Positions 56,681-64,000 of a stretch of 64,000 bases of DNA are shown one piece after another. Source of the DNA: Octopus vulgaris (taxonomy: Eukaryota); NCBI GenBank assembly GCA_951406725.2, contig OX597816.1, positions 160,642,001 to 160,706,000 on the forward strand, read 5' to 3'. The notes beneath the pieces are model-generated. The model saw only the letters and a program-made list of their open reading frames with translations. It was not told where the DNA came from and did not search any database. Position numbers and translations under genes: made by a program. Each line of letters begins with the position of its first letter. The first letter of the stretch is position 1.

Positions 56681-57033
56681 CAATGTATGTGTGCATGCAT
56701 GTAAATAGGAAAGCGTTTGACCTATTGGTTAGAGCGTTGGGCTAACGATTCATGTGTTCATGTGTTCGATTCTCAGACCAGACGGTGTGTTGCTTTCTTG
56801 TGCAAGATAGATGTGTGCCTGTGAGTATGTATATGCCTGCTTGTATAATGAAGCATTAAGGGTCTCCAGTTGTATCTTGAGCAAGAACCTCTCTTACATA
56901 GCTTCGGGTCCTAGTCATTGTTATATTGTTCGTTATCGTTATTGTACAGAACCAATTCATACGCGTTGATTTCTTCCACTTCCAGTCTACTTGACATTGT
57001 AAACGATTGCGTGTGTTATGGCTTGACAAGAGC

Positions 57034-57072
<39 letters not shown>

Positions 57073-57077
<5 letters not shown>

Positions 57078-57240
57078 AACAAAAGACGAAGACAGGTGTA
57101 GGAACAACAATTAGTTGTATTATTTGACGCTCAGGTAAGTGAGAAAGTCTTTTACATTTCGAGCATGTGCTCTTCAACAGAAAGGAATAAGAGAAAATAA
57201 ACAGAAAGAGAGAATAAAAAAAGCGTGGATTTAGCGATCA
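57073..57240 (-). mobile_element. Copy of the hammerhead-like short repeat (motif 57149-57184)
   Basis: CUUU CUGUUGAA GAGC ACAU GCUC GAAA UG UA AAAG. Confidence 0.6.
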
Positions 57241-57286
57241 AGCATGACTATATATGTGTGTGCATATATGTATATATGTATGCATG

Positions 57287-57335
<49 letters not shown>

Positions 57336-57409
57336 ATATATGTATATGTGTATATTTAGCTATATATATATACGTATATGTATATAGCTAAATATACGTA
57401 TATGTATAT

Positions 57410-57443
<34 letters not shown>

Positions 57444-57526
57444 GTATACTATATATATATGTATACATACATATATATATATGTATATATATATGTATAC
57501 ATATATATATGTATATATATATATGT

Positions 57527-57727
<201 letters not shown>

Positions 57728-58471
57728 CAGAGAGAGAAAGAGCAGAATTTGAGAACAGAACGTAAAGACGGACGAAATGCTGCTAAGCCGCGTATCCGCC
57801 GTGCAAATAACTCTACCAGCTCACCGCCTTAAAACAACTGAAATACTTTTTTAAAAAAATAAATCTATCAGAAACTCACTTGATTACACAATGTACCTGC
57901 TGCTAGCTATTTCACGAACTGAACCACTAAGTGTTGAAGTATATTAGAGAGATAAAACCAGCCTAGCATCGATGACGTAGAGAAAACTATCGGTCCCCTG
58001 GGCCAACAGCTGTATGTCTATATTTTACAAATCAATACTGAAAAAATTATTATTTTTTTTCTAAAACCGCATATTTTTTTCCCTAAGAGTATGAAGTTCA
58101 TATGTGTCACATTAATTCTCTAGATACTGAACTAAATATTTATTGATACATACTATTAAGTAATACTAAATTTTCACCACAGCAAGGGACGCCAATGTCT
58201 ACGACAATGTCGCAGATGTATGGCGAAACTATAATGATACGTAATGGTATATATATATATAATGCAATAAAGTAATGAATAAAACAAAAGCGTTATAGTA
58301 TATATATGTGTGTGTATATGCGAGTGTGTGTGCATGTGTGTGTATTAACTAAAAAGGCTGTACTGTGATGCAGTGACACGTACATAAACATATACATGTG
58401 CACATACATACACACATACATATGTGAACGTATGTATATGTGTTTGTGGAGGGGCGTGCATATATATGTAT

Positions 58472-58692
58472 ACTCTTTTACTTGTTTCAGTCATTTGACT
58501 GCGACCATGCTGGAGCACCGCCTTTAATCAAGCAACTCGATCCCGGGACTTATTCTTTTGTAAGCCCAGTACTTATTCTATCGGTCTCTTTTGCCGAACC
58601 GCTAAGTAACGGGGATATAAACACACCAGCATCGGTTGTCAAGCAATGCTAGAGGGACAAACACAGATGCACAAACACACACACGCATACAT

Positions 58693-58758
<66 letters not shown>

Positions 58759-58921
58759 GACGGGCTTCTTTTAGTTTCCGTCTACCAAATCCACTCACAA
58801 GGCTTTGGTCGATCCGAGGCTATAGTAGAAGACACTTGCCCAAGGTGCCACGCAGTGGGACTGAACCCGGAACCATGTGGTTGGTAAACAAGCTACTTAC
58901 CACACAGCCACTCCTGCGCCT
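58472..58921 (-). mobile_element. SINE family A
   Basis: Homology to consensus. Confidence 0.92.
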
Positions 58922-58933
58922 CTCTCTCTCTCC

Positions 58934-59030
<97 letters not shown>

Positions 59031-59032
59031 AT

Positions 59033-59440
59033 ATCATCGTTTAACGTCCGCTTTCCATGCTAGCATGAGTTGGACGATTTGACTGAGGACTGGCGAACCA
59101 GATGGCTGCACCAGGTTCCAATCTGATCTGGCAGAGTTTCTACAACTGGATGCCCTTCGTAACGCCAACAACTCCGAGAGTGTAGTGGGTGCTTTTACGT
59201 GTCACCAGCACGAGGTCCAGTCAGGCGGTACTGGCAACGGCGACGCTCAAATAGTGCTTTTTATGTACCACCTGCACAGGAGCCCGCCCAGCGGCACTGG
59301 CAACTACCTCGCTCGAATGTTTTTTCACGTGCCACCAGCACAAGTGCCAGTAAGGTGACGCAGGTAACGATCACGCTCGAATGGTGTCTTTTACGTGCCA
59401 CCGGCACGGCGGCCAGCTTGTTGCTCTGGCAACGATTACG
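59033..59440 (-). mobile_element. RTE-type LINE/SINE 3' end with internal tandem repeats
   Basis: CCATGCTAGCATG..GGATGCCCTT..ACGCCAAC tail and repeated TTTTACGTGCCACC units. Confidence 0.6.
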
Positions 59441-59479
59441 TTATTTATTTATTTATTTTTGCTCTGAGGCAAGGATGTG

Positions 59480-60812
59480 AATAGGTGTTTTGTTTTACTA
59501 ATTTTGATGTTGAGAATTCGACAGAGGTGAGTTGTTTTTGCCCACAATAGAGATCTTTGCCTCCCTTCCTGCTGGGGTTTCACTTGTCTTGGTTGTCACT
59601 CTCCATCTTAGTAATATCTTGGTGGAACCTTTCTCCATGCTCATCACTCACTGCTCCGAGCTTTGGAGAGAAGTCGAGGTGAGAGTGGAGAAAGTGAATT
59701 TTGAGTGATATCCGGCATCCCATATCCTCATTAGACTGTAACAACTTCTCGATGCACTCTTGATAATCTAATACCCGTGTGTTACCAAGGAAGCCATGGC
59801 AGACTGACTTAAATGTTTCCCATGCTCACAGTTTCTTTAAGGTAAGAAGCTCCTCAGAGTCCTTATACTTCAGCACTTCTCGGATTTGAGGTGCGATCTC
59901 CTTGAGCTTAGCAGATCTCAGAGCTGGGAACAGAGTGCACAAGTGTCAGAAGGCAGCGCCATTTTTGTCCATGGTCTTCACGAAGCACCTTCACGAAGAG
60001 GAAGAAGCACCTTCACGAAGCTTAATATGAAGAGGAAGAAGCACCATGTTTATGTCCATCAGAGAATTTTCTTGGACTCTGTGTTCACCAGGCACGAAAT
60101 TTCTGCTCGTAGTGTTTGGACACAGCTCGACTGTCCTAGAGACTTAGTAGAATCTTCTCCTGGAGACATTTCTTTATCTGATTAAAGAAGTTCCTTATTT
60201 GCTGGGAGTGTAGGGACAGGGAGATCATCTGAGTAGGAAACCGGGCTCATAGATGGGGGAAGGTTGGGATATTCAATCTTTTTTCTAAAAGAAGCATTGA
60301 AACCTGTTATATTTGTTAGACAAAAATAACAATCACCTGATAGCTTCGTGACACTCTAAAGACCACCGAAGGCTGCTTTCTTGCTGTTAAACTATGCAGG
60401 GATTACAACAGATGTGTGGAGCCCAGGATTCGTCCTGATCTCCAGTTTTACAATCAAAATAATGAAAGTAAGCAGTTCTCAGGAGGGAAGTAATTGTTTG
60501 ATGCTGTGCAACTGTCGGGAAATTCCCACACACGTAGCAGAATGAATTTACCTTGTTGATGCATCACCAGTGTTTTGAAGCGCCTGAAACCATTGTAGAG
60601 ACATGTATCATGTGTATCACAAAAATCTGGAAAACAAAATAAAAATTGATCATATATATATGGTTATGTGAATTATCGCAAAATTATAAAAATGTATATC
60701 TCAAAAACTAGAAGTGATGAGTGAAAAATGGTTTTGTATCCGAAATCAGCATCCCAAAATTTGACTAGAACAATTATTTTTATGTTCGCCTCAATTTCTC
60801 TGTAAACCTGTA
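59480..60812 (-). mobile_element. Degraded DNA transposon, Chapaev3-like transposase
   Basis: Minus strand: FCYVCG..DQDESWAPHICC..DCYFCL..YPNLPP and SLKIHFLHSHLDF..GAVSDEHGERFHQDI, with many stops and frameshifts; superfamily name is from recall. Confidence 0.7.
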
Positions 60813-60814
60813 AT

Positions 60815-61142
60815 TTGACGATATGTGAGATCGGTCGGTTTGTTGCACCCTTTTTTTTGAAAACTGGGACAACCAGCTAGAATAGGAAATTACGGGAATA
60901 TAGCCAGCATATTTTTTCTAGATAATAACCAAAGGGAATACCAGTTGATGTCGGAACTCGTCCAGGACTCTAGCGGAGAACTGGTCGGGGCCTGAAGCCG
61001 AGTTCTTTGTAATTTTGTTAATAGCTGCTATGATATCCGAGACACCAAATGATAGGGTGTGCTTCAGGGGGTTTGTTTCAGGATAAATCCTGTTAGGATT
61101 GCTGAAAGTGGAACAGTATTGCTTCTGCAGAATCCCATCCAT
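60815..61142 (-). pseudogene. LINE (CR1/Jockey-group) RT N-terminal fragment
   Basis: ILQKQYCSTFS..IIAAINKITKNSASGPDQF..LVFPL. Confidence 0.7.
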
Positions 61143-62061
61143 TTTTATTGCTAATCCTACTCACCCATTCTTTCCTCCCACCTAGCATTTTATTTCCTTC
61201 TATTTAAACACTACTTAACCACACCCACCTTATTACCATTATGGGCGACCTTCCCACAAATATTTTCATTGGTCCTTTGACTTTCATTTTGACTTTGTTT
61301 TTTCTTTTTATTTTCTTTTCGACTGGCCATTCACGCGATGGCCGGCTTGATAACTCCTTTGTCCATCTCCTAGCGGCAATGTAAATAACGTTGAGGTAAC
61401 AGAGGCCTGAATATTAGCTAAGCTGGATTGTGTTCGTTGCAACTTGTGTAACGGACTTCAGCTTGTTATGAAACAATTGTAGTCCGTGTTTCACCTGTTT
61501 GGATTTTTATTCGCATTCTCATCAAATTTAGTTGCTGAACCGTGAATTGTATGGCGACAGTCAGCTTAGCGAAATTCCTTTTAACTTCGACATGGAAAGA
61601 AGTATGTAACTTACGATGTTAATAAACATATTTTATCGTATACTGTCCACTTTTTGTCATCTGCACTAGCTGCCTAAATGCTTGAAGCTAACTAACTTCC
61701 TACACTTGGATCCCTGGATCGTACTTACCTGTTGTTAGACACATACACACACATATGTATTTAGAGAAATAGAAATACTATTATTTCTAAATCTCTCAGG
61801 GAGAGACATTCAGTAAAAGTTCTTTAACGTAAAAGCTAATTGCCAACATAATATGGCTGTACTGGAAGGAATAGAAAGATAACCCTGAAACTAGTCCACA
61901 AATGTTGTTTTGTGCTTGGTGGGAATGCTGAATTCCCTGTTCGAAAATACAAGGACACAGATATTGTATCATATAGCCAGATAGAGACGATGTCTCCTGG
62001 GGCTAATGAACGATAACAACATCCCTTCCAGGACAGCCATATTATGTTGGTAATTAGCTTT

Positions 62062-62270
<209 letters not shown>

Positions 62271-63254
62271 TGAGGGGAAGTCAAAGATTATCTGCACTTT
62301 CGCCATAACATATCTTTACTATAGTCCCACTGCTTTCTGCACATGCGTGCTTATAGTTGGTACTATTGTGCTCACGTGATCGAAGTTTGAGCCTAATCGC
62401 GCCAGTTTTCTTTCTGGCTTTACAGCGTAAGCATGGCCACTCCACTAGCAATGTACACCAAAGAAGAACAAAGAGAAGTGATCCGATTTTTCTGGTCGGA
62501 AGGCATGTCAGGTGCTGAAAATCATCCACAATTAGCTCGACTTCTATAAAGTCTGTGCAAGATAGGTGCCAAGAGAGCTTACTGCAGAACACAAGCGTAA
62601 ATGTTTTGAGGTCTGTCAACGTTTACTCGATCGCTACAACAACGAGGTCGATGAATTTTTGAGCAGATGAAACGTGGGTCCATCGTTATGAGGCAGAATC
62701 CAAAAGACAGAGTATAGAGTGGGAACATACTGTATCGCCAGCGACGAAGAAATTCAAGACTCAGTCTTCCGCCGGAAAGGTGATGCCTAACCCTAATTTG
62801 GAACTCTGAAGAGCCTATATTAGAAGACTACCTGGAAGAGGGTTGTATGATCAACAGTGCAAGATACAGTGCTTTACTGGCCAACAAACTGAAGTCAGCA
62901 ATTCACACCAAACACCGAAGTTTGTTGTCGAAGGAAGTTATGGTGTGGCATTACAATGCACGCCCACACACGGCCGCTCTGACCGTTGAAACCATTAACC
63001 AATTGTGCTAAAAGTCTCAGATGAATTTTAGCACCTAACACACCTTCTGACCAGAGAAATCGAATCACTGCTCTTTGTTCCTCTTGTTAGTGGAGCTGCC
63101 ATGCTTAAGCTGTAAAGAAAATGGCGCGATCAGGCTCATACTTCGATCATGTGTCAACAATAGTAATAACTATAAGCAACATGCGCAGAAGGCAGTGTAA
63201 TAATAATAAAGATATGTTATGGTGAAAGTGCAGATAATTTTTGACTTCCACTTG
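62271..63254 (+). mobile_element. Mariner derivative with ~250-bp inverted termini (both ends are left ends)
   Basis: TA-flanked ends (T/C)RAGKGGAAGTCAAARATTATCTGCACTTTC; transposase pieces EEQREVIRFF, DETWVHRYE..AGKVM, HYNARPH; 63001-63254 is an inverted copy of the 5' end. Confidence 0.88.
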
Positions 63255-63338
63255 TATATATACATGTGTGCTTGTGTGTGTGAGTGTTTGTGTGTGTGTG
63301 TGTGTGTGTGTTTGTTTGTGTGTGTGTGTGTGTGCATG

Positions 63339-63410
<72 letters not shown>

Positions 63411-63485
63411 GGGGTGGATCGATCGATATATAGATAGTTAGAAAGACAGAGGGGTGGGTCGATAGATAGATAGATAGATAGAGAG

Positions 63486-63537
<52 letters not shown>

Positions 63538-63932
63538 TCACTCAACAGAACTGGCTTCCTAAAACTGATTTGAATCAATTCCCTGCATACTGAACTGTAA
63601 TTAAATATAAACTTAGTGTCTTGTTCAGACAGTAGAAAATTAAAGCAACAAAAATATATAGATTTACTCACTTATTTACAACAACAACAGCAACAACAAC
63701 AACAACAACAACAGAAACAAAAATAGCTGTCGTCATGTAAGCCTGAAACGCATTTTATTTCACTCAAACTGGGTTTTTTTTTTAGATTTTTTTTTTTCGC
63801 TTCTACGTTCTCTACAAAATTTCTTCAATAATTTTACTTTTTTAGTATGGATTAAAGTTTATTTTAAAATCAAAATCTAACCTTTAAACTTGTAGTCAAT
63901 TCGATTAGTCATCTTTCAAAACTGTTGCATCG

Positions 63933-64000
<68 letters not shown>

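Overview
Very AT-rich, repeat-saturated eukaryotic DNA. It is most likely an octopus (coleoid cephalopod) intergenic or intronic region, inferred from the SINE families and the extreme microsatellite density. I found no confident host protein-coding gene, rRNA, tRNA or CRISPR array, and nearly all listed ORFs are microsatellite translation artefacts. Real coding content is transposon-derived. There is a near full-length but frameshifted RLE-type non-LTR retrotransposon (R4/Dong-like: RT, CCHC knuckle, PD-(D/E)xK endonuclease) at ~37.3-41.2 kb and at least 7 other RLE fragments, most of them inserted in (TAA)n tracts. There are also two DD37D (maT) Tc1/mariner relics, a mariner whose right end is an inverted copy of its left end, a Chapaev3-like relic, hAT and Helitron-like non-autonomous elements, LINE fragments, and more than 25 SINE copies of two families. 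The most striking signal, which the ORF track does not explain, is a dozen or more minimal type-I hammerhead ribozyme motifs (canonical, degenerate and non-canonical-core) of the Penelope-like/retrozyme type. Several of them sit in outward-facing fold-back palindromes that end in microsatellites. All structures and alignments were read by eye and need computational confirmation.
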